Assembly (NCBI GenBank): GCA_963803805.1
Contig: CAWDOD010000011.1
Span: 576,001-640,000, forward strand
Direction: 5' to 3'
From: an uncultured cyanobacterium
Lineage (GTDB): Bacteria; Cyanobacteriota; Cyanobacteriia; Cyanobacteriales; CAWCAG01
DNA: 64,000 nt
The notes beneath the pieces are model-generated. The model saw only the letters and a list, made by a program, of their open reading frames with translations. It made no database searches and was not told where the DNA came from. The first letter of the stretch is position 1, and the number at the start of each line of letters is the position of its first letter. Of the stretch, positions 1 through 10,700 are shown piece by piece. A program made the translations under genes and the position numbers.

Positions 1-398
1 GTATAATTAAGTTGCACAGCCCCCAGGTTAGCGAGAAGAAGAATATCCGGGGCGACAGAACGTACAGCAAAAGTATGACCAAGTTCTGGCTTTTCTACAA
101 CAATACGTTGGGAACCTACCCCCATAGCTAATTTATACTCTTGAGCAACTTCAGCTAAGCGGTAGTTAATAGTTTTAGCTTGCTCTGTTCCTCCTGTCAT
201 GGAAGAAATGAGTAAGGGCGCACCTAAATTTTTCCCCAAAAAACTAGTTTGGATGTTAATATCCTGCCGATCTAATTCCGGCAAGCAAGCGTGCATAAAT
301 CGATAGTGTTCTAACCCATTGGTGAGGCGGCGAAACTGCACATCCTCTTCCAGACAAATTCGCAAGTGATCGGCTTTGCGCGTCTGGGTATTACTCAT
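1..398 (-). CDS. fni: Type 2 isopentenyl-diphosphate delta-isomerase (IDI-2), 5' part; runs off the window
   Basis: Not in ORF track. Manual minus-strand translation from ATG at 398: [22 protein letters not shown]...[11 protein letters not shown]...LAMGVGSQR...[11 protein letters not shown], matching IDI-2 motifs. Confidence 0.92.
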   Translation of the reverse strand, partial: MSNTQTRKADHLRICLEEDVQFRRLTNGLEHYRFMHACLPELDRQDINIQTSFLGKNLGAPLLISSMTGGTEQAKTINYRLAEVAQEYKLAMGVGSQRIVVEKPELGHTFAVRSVAPDILLLANLGAVQLNY

Positions 399-687
399 AA
401 TTTCTTTTGGTTAGCGGTAATTTTTTTCAGCCTAGGTCAACTCTTATTATTATGCTTTAATTCCCATTTCACCTGAAGTATTGGCAATTCTTTATGTTTA
501 GCTGAAAGATGATCGCCGTTGACATCCTCCCTGCTGCTACTCTCATCGTCTTATTACCTTCCTCTTTTTGTTTTGATAAAATCGGTGAATATTGGCTACG
601 GAGGATGAGATAAAGTGATTTATAGGTAGCATTTTTGTTTTCATTCCCTACTCAAAACTGGTCATCCCTAACTTGATTTGGGCATAA

Positions 688-1047
688 TGGACTAACACAT
701 TACTAACCCTTTCTTTGTTACTATTTTGTACCACCGTAAGCTGTAGTGGCACTGAACTATTTTCTGAGGAAAAAGAATTAGCTACCAGTACTCAAACTCA
801 AAAAGTTCAGCAAAGATTTGATAATGTTGCTCTTGATATTATGACCTTTGAGGGGCCTGTTAATCGCTATGCCCGTGATTTTGAAGCTTTAACTGGGGCA
901 ACTATTAATCTCAAAATCTTTCCCTTCCCAGAAGTGCATGATGCCATCTTCCAAGACTTAGGTAGCAAAACCAATCAATACGGAATTGGGCGCGAGGCTC
1001 AACTTGCTGCTTATCGTCACAGTTTAGGATTAACCCCCCAGGAGTAA
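688..1047 (+). pseudogene. Internally deleted extracellular solute-binding lipoprotein (sugar ABC-type SBP)
   Basis: Lipoprotein-like leader (LLFCTTVSCSG), SBP-like N-terminus (FEALTGATINL...TNQY) joined directly to an SBP-like C-terminal tail (GREAQLAAYRHSLGL); only 110 aa; in-frame TAA at 685-687 just upstream. Confidence 0.65.
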
Positions 1048-1051
1048 ACCC

Positions 1052-4000
1052 ATGCGGCATTGGAAACTCAGCACCAAGGTTGTTGCCTCTTATTCTCTAC
1101 TTATTGCTCTAATAGCAGGGGGCTTATCCTCGGCAATGTATTGGCAATTGCGCTTAAGTCAGCGTCAAAACATTCAAGAGCGGCTTTTACAAACCCTCAG
1201 ACTTGTAGTTCCTCAAATTGACAGTGACTACCATAGTTTAATAGTGACTGCTAAAGATCAACGGACACCCTATTACAATATCAGTCAAAATATTCTCAAA
1301 GATATTTCGGCCACTAGTCAAGATATTAAACGAATTTATACACTCCGTTCCGATTCTGCAAATGGTTTTACTGATGTGCTGAGTTACAATCGGGACTCAG
1401 AAGGGAAGAAAGTGGGGGTTAGGGATGTACCTAGTTATGTTTCTGAGCGCTTAAAAAAACATTCTCTTGAGGAAGCCTTTGTTGAAAAAAGATTCCAGCG
1501 CAATGAAGCAGGGGAAGTGATTTTGTACGGCTACGCACCAATTCAAGATGATTTTGGTAAAACAGACGGTATTTTAGTTATCGAACTTGATGCTACCTCA
1601 ATTATTCAAAGGGAATTTCAACTAGGGGCGATCGCGATTCTAATTTTTGTGGTTGTCTGGGGTGGAACTGTTGCTGTGGCTTGGTGGCTGGCGCGATCGC
1701 TAGTTATTAAGCCTACCTTACAGCTTAACAACGCAGCTAAACAATTAGCGGCTGGTAACTGGCAACATCCCTTACCGACAGAACGTCAAGACGAGTTTGG
1801 AGAGTTGGCTCACTCTTTTAAGATTATGGCCAAACAACTTCAAGAATCCTTCGGAAAACTAGAAGAATATTCCCAAACTTTAGCAGATAAAGTTGAAGGG
1901 CGAACCCAAGAACTAGAAGACTCATGGAGATTTTTACAATTAATTATTAATTCAATTCCTGAGTTTGTTTTTTGGAAAGATCGCGACTATAAATATATAG
2001 GTTGTAATCAAAAATTTGCTGAGGTAGCAGGAGTTGCTTCCCCCGAAGAAATTGTTGGTAAATCTGATTATGATTTACCTTGGAAAAAAGAAGAGGCTGA
2101 TTGGTTTCGTGAGTATGATCGCCGAGTGATGGAATTAGATAGTTCTGAATTAGGAATTATTGAACCTCAATCTCAAGCCAACGGTAAGCAAACTTGGTTA
2201 GAAACTAGCAAAGTACCTTTACATGATGCCCATGGTAATGTAATTGGTATTTTAGGAACATTTCAAGATATTGCAGAGCGCAAGAAAGCTGAAGAAAACC
2301 TCCAGCATTTGAACATTGAATTAAAAGAATCACGGCAGTTTTTACAGCTTATTATTGATTCAGTTCCTGAGTGTGTTTTCTGGAAAGATCGCAATTCTAT
2401 TTTGCTAGGCTGCAACCGAAAACTAGCTGAAATAGCCGGACTTAATCACCCGGAAGAAATTGTTGGTAAATCTGATTATGATTTGCCTTGGAAAAAAGAA
2501 GAGTCTGATTGGTTTCGCGAGTGCGATCGCCGGGTGATGGCATCAGATACTCCTGAATTAGGAATTATTGAACCTCAATCTCAAGCTAATGGTAAGCAAA
2601 CTTGGCTAGAAACAAATAAAGTGCCATTGCACAATTCTCAAGGTGAGGTGATTGGCATTTTAGGGACATTTCAAGATGTTACTGAGCGTAAACAAGCTGA
2701 AGAAAACCTCCAACATTTGAATGTTGAACTGCAAGAATCACGGCAATTTTTACAATTGATTATTGATTCAATTCCTGAGTTTGTTTTCTGGAAAGATCGC
2801 AATTCTCTTTATTTAGGTTGCAATCAGAAATTTGCTGAGGCGGCAGGAGTTGATTCCCCTGAAAAAATTGTTGGTAAATCTGATTATGATTTGCCGTGGA
2901 AAAAAGAAGAGACTGATTGGTTTCGCGAGTGTGATCGTCAGGTGATGACATCAGATACTCCTGAATTAGGAATCATCGAGCCTCAATATCAAGCTAGTGG
3001 CAAACAAACTTGGCTCGAAACCAACAAAATCCCTCTCCATGATGCTCAAGGTGAGGTGATTGGCATTTTAGGGACATTTCAAGATGTTACTGAGCGTAAA
3101 CAAGCGGAAGAAAACCTCCAACATTTGAACGTTGAATTAGCCCAAGCGAAGGAAAAGGCTGATTTAGCCAATAAAGCAAAAAGTGAATTCCTCGCCAACA
3201 TGAGTCACGAATTGCGTACCCCCCTTAACGGCATTCTTGGTTATGCCCAAATTTTGCAACAGGAGGACTCTTTATCTCAACGAGGTAAAAAAGGTATTAA
3301 AATCATCTACCAATGCGGTGAACATCTGCTCAACCTGATTAATGATGTACTAGATATTGCGAAAATTGAAGCCCGAAAAATGGAATTGCGTCCTACAGAG
3401 ATTCATTTCCCAGGCTTTATTGAAGGTATTGCTGAGATTTGTAGCATCCGTGCAGAACAAAAAGGAATTTTGTTTAACTACCAATTAGAAAAAGAAATTC
3501 CTCTAGGGGTATCAGTTGACGAAAAACGCTTGCGGCAAGTTTTAGTTAACCTCCTGGGTAACGCCATTAAGTTTACTGATGAAGGTGTCGTAACTTTCAA
3601 GGTAATTAAGTTAGCTACAGAACAAGCCCATATCCAACTACGCTTTCAAGTAGAAGATACAGGGGTAGGTATGACACCAGAGCAAATGGAGAAAATCTTT
3701 CAACCCTTTGAACAGGTTGGTGATGGTGAAAAACAATCTCAGGGAACTGGTTTAGGACTAGCTATTAGTACTCAAATCGTTTCTCTGATGGCAAGTAAGC
3801 TAGAACTCAAAAGCATACCGGGGCAAGGTAGTACTTTTTGGTTTGATGTTAAGCTGCCCCAAGCTAAGGAGTGGACAGTAAGCTCAACATTAACCCCTAA
3901 AGGCAAAATAGTTAGCTACGAAGGGGCTAAATTAACCATTTTGGTGGTAGATGATCATTGGGAAAATCGCTCAGTTGTTGTTAATTACCTTGAACCTTTA

Positions 4001-4585
4001 GGTTTTGAACTGATGGAAGCGCAAAATGCTGAAGAAGCATTAATAAAAGCCCAAACTGTTATTCCTGATTTAATGATCATAGATCTGATGATGCCTGTTA
4101 TGAATGGTTATCAATTAATGGAACAGATGGCTAAAATTCCCCAACTAAAAGCAATACCAATTATTGTTTGCTCTGCTGATGTTTTTAAGAGTGATCAGCA
4201 TAAAAGTTTAGATTATGGTGCAAATGCTTTTCTACCCAAACCCATAGATACAGTAGAACTGCTCAAGGTTTTAGAAAAGCATTTGCAATTGAGCTGGGTT
4301 TACCAGAGTGATGCAACCACAAGAGAAACTGAAACGGCATCTTCAGATCCTACAGAGTTAATTTTCCCCCCCCAGGTATTACTGAACACTTTATATGATT
4401 TTGCTTTACAAGGACGTATTCAAGGGATTAACAACGAACTTACTAAGTTAGAAAAAGTAGATAAATGTTATCAGCCATTTATCCAGGATCTAGCTACTTT
4501 GACGAAGACATTCCAAGTGAGAAAGATTCAAAAGTATTTAGCCAAAGCCATTGCCGCAGCAGATAGTTCAACTCAACAAGGATAA
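1052..4585 (+). CDS. Membrane hybrid sensor histidine kinase (2 TM, HAMP, 3x PAS/PAC, HisKA, HATPase, receiver)
   Basis: H-box FLANMSHELRTPLN, N-box NLLGNAIKFT, G boxes DTGVG and GTGLGL, receiver VVDD...IDLMMP, HAMP RQDEFGELAHSF. Confidence 0.95.
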   Translation: MRHWKLSTKVVASYSLLIALIAGGLSSAMYWQLRLSQRQNIQERLLQTLRLVVPQIDSDYHSLIVTAKDQRTPYYNISQNILKDISATSQDIKRIYTLRSDSANGFTDVLSYNRDSEGKKVGVRDVPSYVSERLKKHSLEEAFVEKRFQRNEAGEVILYGYAPIQDDFGKTDGILVIELDATSIIQREFQLGAIAILIFVVVWGGTVAVAWWLARSLVIKPTLQLNNAAKQLAAGNWQHPLPTERQDEFGELAHSFKIMAKQLQESFGKLEEYSQTLADKVEGRTQELEDSWRFLQLIINSIPEFVFWKDRDYKYIGCNQKFAEVAGVASPEEIVGKSDYDLPWKKEEADWFREYDRRVMELDSSELGIIEPQSQANGKQTWLETSKVPLHDAHGNVIGILGTFQDIAERKKAEENLQHLNIELKESRQFLQLIIDSVPECVFWKDRNSILLGCNRKLAEIAGLNHPEEIVGKSDYDLPWKKEESDWFRECDRRVMASDTPELGIIEPQSQANGKQTWLETNKVPLHNSQGEVIGILGTFQDVTERKQAEENLQHLNVELQESRQFLQLIIDSIPEFVFWKDRNSLYLGCNQKFAEAAGVDSPEKIVGKSDYDLPWKKEETDWFRECDRQVMTSDTPELGIIEPQYQASGKQTWLETNKIPLHDAQGEVIGILGTFQDVTERKQAEENLQHLNVELAQAKEKADLANKAKSEFLANMSHELRTPLNGILGYAQILQQEDSLSQRGKKGIKIIYQCGEHLLNLINDVLDIAKIEARKMELRPTEIHFPGFIEGIAEICSIRAEQKGILFNYQLEKEIPLGVSVDEKRLRQVLVNLLGNAIKFTDEGVVTFKVIKLATEQAHIQLRFQVEDTGVGMTPEQMEKIFQPFEQVGDGEKQSQGTGLGLAISTQIVSLMASKLELKSIPGQGSTFWFDVKLPQAKEWTVSSTLTPKGKIVSYEGAKLTILVVDDHWENRSVVVNYLEPLGFELMEAQNAEEALIKAQTVIPDLMIIDLMMPVMNGYQLMEQMAKIPQLKAIPIIVCSADVFKSDQHKSLDYGANAFLPKPIDTVELLKVLEKHLQLSWVYQSDATTRETETASSDPTELIFPPQVLLNTLYDFALQGRIQGINNELTKLEKVDKCYQPFIQDLATLTKTFQVRKIQKYLAKAIAAADSSTQQG
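1920..3135 (+). repeat. Three tandem 408-bp PAS/PAC-coding repeats inside the kinase
   Basis: Motif ca(a/g)ttcctgagt recurs at 1953, 2361 and 2769 (period 408 bp); protein repeats IVGKSDYDLPWKKEE three times. Confidence 0.9.
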
Positions 4586-4619
4586 GATTGTTAAGGCAAT
4601 TCAACCATCCAACATTATC

Positions 4620-4765
4620 CTCAATAAATTAGCGATTCTCTCAGATACTTTAACTGATGCTGGTTTGGGATTTGCGATCGCAACGAGGGGGTGAATCGGC
4701 TCTAGAATAACTCAAGCACGTTGTGGTTTCCTTAATCTTACTAGATGTGACGATGCCGGGAATTA
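4620..4765 (+). pseudogene. Remnant of a response-regulator receiver domain
   Basis: Manual translation across one frameshift and one stop: NKLAILSDTLTDAGLGFAIAT / GESALE*LKHVVVSLILLDVTMPGI, resembling the receiver motif LILLDVxMPGI. Confidence 0.7.
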
Positions 4766-5274
4766 TGGAAACAGAAGCCGGGGATTTCTACGGAGTTGAT
4801 GATTACTTTGCTGAAGAAAGCAGGAGTTTTTCAGCAATAAGTAATAAGTTAATTTAGTAGTGTTCATTATTAAATATTCTGAATTTACATAACTTCAAGT
4901 TAAAAAATGTCAAGGCCAAAAAAATTTGCTTCACAACGTATTTGTGTGGTTTAATGGCTTTATTAAAAAATAATGCTAGCCTCCTTGTACCTCAAATTAA
5001 AACAGGTCTTCTGGAACCTTGATAAATCGTTGTAAATCTCCTATTTTCTCTCGAAATCCTAGCAATATGAATTGCTAAGTTGAACAAATTTTTAGAGAGT
5101 TGAAAAAGTTTTTTTGACACATTACAAGTTTTGTGGTAATAAGCGATTTGATGGTAACGGGAGTAATTTCTGCTTTTTTCTATTCGACATCTCCTAAAAT
5201 CAAAAATAAAATCAATTCTCATATCTCATATCGAAAATCATTAATTATTCCTTACTATTCCCTTATTTCCATTT

Positions 5275-7158
5275 ATGTCTAGTTCCATAGATACAGGAGA
5301 AATTTTAAGCGATCGCTATCAAATTTTGCGGCGGTTAGGGCAAAGCAAATTTGGTTACACTTACTTAGCAGAGGATATCAGTGATGGTAGTGGTACTTTT
5401 GTTCTCAAAGAGTTATTAGTTCCAGGGGGAGATAGTTGCTATAGAGCCAAAGTAGAAAAATTGTTGACAATAGAGGCTAAACTACTCCATCAACTCAAAC
5501 ATCCCCAAGTTCCTAAGTTTCGAGAACTATTCCACCACAAACAAGCAGAAAAAAAGCGCTTCTTTTTAGTGCAAGACTACGTAGAAGGTCATAGCTATCG
5601 TACCTTTTTAGAAACCCGCAAAAGCCAAAGCTATTGCTTCAATGAAGAAGAAGTAATTAAATTATTTAAACAAATTTTGCCTCTATTACAATACATTCAT
5701 GACCAAGGGGTCATTCACGGTTGTATCTGTCCAGATAATATTTTGCTCCGGACTTGGGATCTTTTACCGGTATTGATTGATTTTGGAGGCATCAAAAAAG
5801 TTGTCGCCAATATCTCCTCTCAAAATCGTCCTGGTTGGGGAAAACTAGGCTATGCTCCCCCAGAACAACGAACTGAGGGTGTTGTGGCAACCCATAGCGA
5901 CTTATATGCCCTAGCAGTGACAGCCTTAGTACTGTTAAGCGGGAAATTGCCCCAGCAGCTTTTTAATCGTCAAACTCGAGAGTGGGATTGGCAAAAAAAC
6001 CATCTTAGTCCCCAATTGCAACCAGTGGTAAAAAAGATGCTTACCCCAGAACCAAGGGAGCGCTATCAAAAAGCCAGTGAAGTTCTCCATGATCTTGATA
6101 ATCCTCCTAAGCCCTCCCCTAAAAACTTGCCAACAATAGTTAAGTCCCCATCTTCATACCTCCTTGCCAAAAGTAGACCTGTAGGCAAGTTATTCGGTCA
6201 AGCTTCCCTTCTATTACTGCTCATCACTAGTTCCGCTTTGATAGGTTGGTTTGCTGGACGTATTTGGCTCAAACAGCAAGTAAACAGAACCGAGAAAAGC
6301 CTCGAATTAGAAGAACCTAAACGACTTAGCTTTCCTGATATTGATGATGCAGAACCACCATCTTCCCTTAATCTTCCCCCAGAAGAACAACAACGCAAAC
6401 AAAAATTAAGGGAAAAGCGCCTCAACTTAGGCATAGACTACGATTTTTACTTAGATTTAATCAATCAGCAATTTTGGCAAAAATATTCTGCCCAAGAAGG
6501 GCGCATCCTCACCGAAGAACCAGAAGATGCTCAATTACGTACAAATTGGGATAGAATTGCCTCAGAAATGTTAAAGAAACTGGAATTCCTCAGCCCTGAA
6601 GCCCGTCGAGGTTTGGGAAAATATCGAGAAGCTGATCGTCAAGGTTGGCAGCGAGAGGCTAATGAATTAAACCTGAGCAGTAAAGCTCTTTTTGATCTAG
6701 CTGATGGGGCATTCTTACAATACTTTCCTCAACAAGCCCAAGAAGATTTTCTTGATACTTCCCTTGGTCAAATCTGGCATGGCATTGTGTTAGATAAACT
6801 CAAAGCTTTACAATCTCGACAAGCTTTAGAACAAGTTATCTTAACAGCAAATAAAACTTCCTATGAAGATAGTGGGGAATTAAAATCAGGAGAGGGGCAA
6901 GTTTATATTGGAGAATTCAAGGCCGATGAGTTCATCAGAGTAGATTTAACTGCACCGAGGGGAGTAATTTTTTCCATTTACCCTCCCGCCGGAGGTGAAG
7001 CCATTTTAGAAGATTCCCCAGAGCATAGTTGGTGGACTGAATTACCCGAATCGGGAGTTTATGAGTTTGTTATAGTTTCTCAAGCAGGAGAACCTGTCAA
7101 CTACCAACTCGATATTTCCATAACACCAAAATTAGATGAAGAACCTGAGTTTTATTAG
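5275..7158 (+). CDS. Hanks-type Ser/Thr kinase-like membrane protein, probable pseudokinase
   Basis: VLKE, HPQVP, LIDFG, GYAPPEQ, SDLYAL subdomains, one TM helix and a C-terminal extracytoplasmic domain; catalytic loop reads HGCICPDN instead of HRDxxPxN. Confidence 0.85.
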   Translation: MSSSIDTGEILSDRYQILRRLGQSKFGYTYLAEDISDGSGTFVLKELLVPGGDSCYRAKVEKLLTIEAKLLHQLKHPQVPKFRELFHHKQAEKKRFFLVQDYVEGHSYRTFLETRKSQSYCFNEEEVIKLFKQILPLLQYIHDQGVIHGCICPDNILLRTWDLLPVLIDFGGIKKVVANISSQNRPGWGKLGYAPPEQRTEGVVATHSDLYALAVTALVLLSGKLPQQLFNRQTREWDWQKNHLSPQLQPVVKKMLTPEPRERYQKASEVLHDLDNPPKPSPKNLPTIVKSPSSYLLAKSRPVGKLFGQASLLLLLITSSALIGWFAGRIWLKQQVNRTEKSLELEEPKRLSFPDIDDAEPPSSLNLPPEEQQRKQKLREKRLNLGIDYDFYLDLINQQFWQKYSAQEGRILTEEPEDAQLRTNWDRIASEMLKKLEFLSPEARRGLGKYREADRQGWQREANELNLSSKALFDLADGAFLQYFPQQAQEDFLDTSLGQIWHGIVLDKLKALQSRQALEQVILTANKTSYEDSGELKSGEGQVYIGEFKADEFIRVDLTAPRGVIFSIYPPAGGEAILEDSPEHSWWTELPESGVYEFVIVSQAGEPVNYQLDISITPKLDEEPEFY

Positions 7159-7174
7159 TTGTACTCAACCCCAA

Positions 7175-7651
7175 TCACTGCACCATAAGTACTGAACAAG
7201 AAGCATGGTGTAAAACATAACTGCTGACACTACCTAAAATCATCTCTGTTAAACCACTGCGCCCTCGATGTCCCACCACAATCAAATCAGCTTCTTCTTC
7301 CCCAGCTAAGTCACAAATAGTTTTACCAGGATTACCTGTAATTTGATGATAATCTGCCCTGACTCCTACTTGAAGAGCTTTTTTCTGTCGCGATCGCAAA
7401 AGTTCAATCCCTTGTCTTTTAAATTCTTCCCATTCTTCTCGCCACATATTGAGGGTTTTATCATTCCCCACCGCAGGATACAGCTCTTGTAAGTCACTAG
7501 GAATAGGCATAGGGGCTTCTTCCTCTTCTTCTGAAAGAACATGGAGCATAATTAACTTAGCCCCCACTAACTGAGCGAGGGAAAGGGCTTTTTCAAAAAC
7601 CAGATTGTCTGTTTCTGAATTTTCTGTAGCTACAACGATGGTATTGAACAT
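7175..7651 (-). CDS. Universal stress protein (UspA family)
   Basis: ADLIVVGHRGRSGLTEMILGSVSSYVLHHA motif. Confidence 0.93.
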   Translation of the reverse strand: MFNTIVVATENSETDNLVFEKALSLAQLVGAKLIMLHVLSEEEEEAPMPIPSDLQELYPAVGNDKTLNMWREEWEEFKRQGIELLRSRQKKALQVGVRADYHQITGNPGKTICDLAGEEEADLIVVGHRGRSGLTEMILGSVSSYVLHHASCSVLMVQ

Positions 7652-7671
7652 GAGGGAGTGAGGAGCAGCGT

Positions 7672-7705
7672 TAATTAAAAATTAAAAATTAAAAATTAAA
7701 AATTA
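7672..7705. repeat. Heptamer short tandem repeat (AAAAATT)n
   Basis: About four consecutive copies: aattaaaaattaaaaattaaaaattaaaaatt. Confidence 0.8.
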
Positions 7706-7768
7706 GGATTTGATACATATATTAAGAGCTTATTTTATAAAGGACTGAAAAAGCACTTCTTGACAAGC

Positions 7769-10700
7769 TCACGATTTTACAGAGGTTTCAGCAAGTGATT
7801 CTTGAATAGGAATCCTAATTTCAAAGGTTGTTCCTTGAGCAACTTGAGAATGGCATAACAAATTACCACCATGCTTTTCAATGATAATCTGATAGCTGAT
7901 GGCTAAACCTAGTCCTGTACCTTTACCAATAGCTTTGGTAGTAAAGAAGGGATCAAAAATGGAGTTGAGAATAGACTCAGCCATGCCCATACCATTATCG
8001 CTTATTTCTATAACGGCTTGGCAACTTTCTTCTAATTCCTTTGGTTGTGCTAGTTTTGTTGTGATCGTAATTTGCCCTTTGTCAGTCCCCATTTTTCCAG
8101 CTTGTACTGCTTCTTCAATGGCATCAATGGCATTGCTGAGGATATTCATAAATACTTGGTTCAGTTGTCCTGCATAACAATCTATTTCAGGCAACTTGCC
8201 ATAGTCTTTAATTATATCTATACAAGGGTAGTTAGGCTTTGCTTTTAAGCGATGCTGCAAAATTAGTAAGGTGCTATCAATACCTTCATGTAAATCAACT
8301 TTTTTCCTTTCAGCTTTGTCGTGGTGAGAAAAATTGCGCAAAGACAAGACCATTTGCCTAATACGTTCTGCCCCAACCTTAAGAGAGTCAATAATTTTAG
8401 GTAAATCTCTTTCTAAAAAGTCTAAATCAATAGCTTCAATTTGTGCCGCTATTTGGTAAGTTGGTTGGGGATAAGCCATTTTATAGAGATGCAAGAGTTT
8501 CAGTAAGTCACAGGAATAGGATTTTAAATGGTTAAGGTTGCCATAAATAAAATTAACTGGATTATTGATTTCATGGGCAACTCCTGCTACTAACTGCCCT
8601 AAGCTAGACATTTTCTCTGATTGGATTATATGGGCTTGTGCCTGACGCAAATCTTCTAAAGCTTTGGCTAACTTTTCTGTTTGTTGTTGGGCTTGGAACA
8701 AAAGAGAACTTTGCTGCAACGCAACTCCTAAATGGGTGGCGATTTGTTGAGCAAATTTAATTTCCGAATCTTGCCATTCCCTTACTTGTTGACATTGATG
8801 GATGCAAAGCAAACCCCATAATCTATCCCCTTTAAGCAGAGGAAGTGCTAGATTAGCTCGTACTTGGAACTGTTCTAATATTTGCAAATGGCAATTACTT
8901 AAAGCAGCATCGTTTATATCAGCAACAGCATGATATCTTCCATCTTTGTATTCTTGGGCATATTGCTCAGCAAAACATTCGTCACGAACCTGAATAGCTA
9001 ATACCGAAGAAAAACCAGCTTTAACATCTTCAGAAACAAACTTCCCTTCCTGCCAACCTAAATCCCCGAAGCGAAATACTGCTACCCTATCGGTTTCTAA
9101 GAGGGCGCGTACTTCTTTGGTAGCCGTTTGAAAAATGGTTTCCAAATCCAAAGATTCCCGGATCTTACTCACTACTCTAAATAAGGACTGTCGTCTTTCA
9201 GCAGCTTTTTTGAGCTGTCGGGCTTTTTCTTTAGAAGCTTGTGCTGCTATTAAACTTTGTTGGTAAAGTTCTCCTTGATTAATGGCAACAGCCGCTTGAT
9301 CTGCTAGCTGTTGCAAAAGGTTAATTTCCGTATCTTGCCAAACCCTTGTCCCATTACATTCATGGGCAATGAGTAAACCCCATAGTAAATCTCCAGTTTG
9401 TACTGGCACAACTAAATTAGCTTTAACTTCCAAACTTTGGAGGAATTCCTGGTGTTGGGGTTTTAACTCTTCTTGGGAAACATCGTTCATCGCCCTCACT
9501 CTACCTCTATTGGAGTGGAAGTATCCCGCTTCGCAATCAAAAAATTCCTGGGGAACTTTGCTCCCTAGAGCCGAAGGCCAATTTTGATCTACTTCTTCGG
9601 CAATAACTTCTACTTGCAATTCATCATTGAGTTGATAAATAACTACTCTATCTGTGTGTAGTAAAGTCCTTACCTCTCGCACCAAAATTTCTAAGGTAGT
9701 TCTTACATCCAAAGTACTACGAATTTGGTTAGTCACTCGCTTCAGGGCATCTTGCAAGTTTAAGGACTTTTGTAATTGAGCAGTGCGTTCTCGGACTTGC
9801 TGTTCTAAATTACTATTAAGAGACTGTATTTGTTGATAGAGTTTGCTTTGTTGAATGGCAGTAGCAAAGGGATTGCTCAACGCTTGAGCTAACAGCCGAT
9901 CTTCGGTTGTCCATTCTTGGGCTTGACCTTTTTTAAGTTCTCGCCAAGCTTCAAAAGAAAGTCGCGGCAAAGCTTGTTTTTGATTGGGATCAAAACGTCC
10001 TGCCCAAAGGGTTTCTGTGTCTATTTCGTCGCGAAATACTGTTAAACTGCCAAAAAAAGTGGTGCGATAGTAAAGAGGAATAGTTAATAAACCACGAATC
10101 TGAGTTGAAGTGAAAGCTTGGCTCAGTACTCGTAACTTGGGGTCTTTATAAAGGTCTACAATAGTAACTGGTTCTGGATTCTCCCTTTGGATTTGTTGAG
10201 AAAGGAAACTTTGCCAAACAGGATGCTCTTCTAAAGGAATGTTTGGCTGGTGGTGAATAAGAGTTTGTGGTTGACTTCCCCAGGTATGTACCTGGCTTAT
10301 CGAGTTCTGCCCTGAAGCTACAATATACACCCTCCCCCCTGAACCTTTTAAAGCTATGACAGTCTCCTCTATAGCTTCTTCTATCTCCATTGTTGGTAGG
10401 GAGTGAAGCAGGGTTGAGATGCAGTTGATGGTGGCTTCTCGCTTAGCTTGCTCTCTGGTAGTAGCTAGAAGGGATGATTCTGCGATCGCCATAGTTACTT
10501 GATCAGCTACCCATTGGAGAACTTCTAATTCTGAGGGGTTAATTTCCCGCGCTTGGCTGTGGTGAGAAATTAATAGTCCCCAAAGATACTGCTTCTCTTC
10601 TCCTACTGTTTTATTAATTTGTAGGGGCAGTACCACAGAAGATTGCACTCCCATAGCTCGGAGATACTCTAAGTGACAAGCATCCACTTGACGATAAATA

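Noticed and set aside
4992-5222. 76-aa minus-strand ORF in AT-rich intergenic DNA
   Set aside because: No motif, atypical composition, overlaps the probable promoter region of the kinase-like gene.
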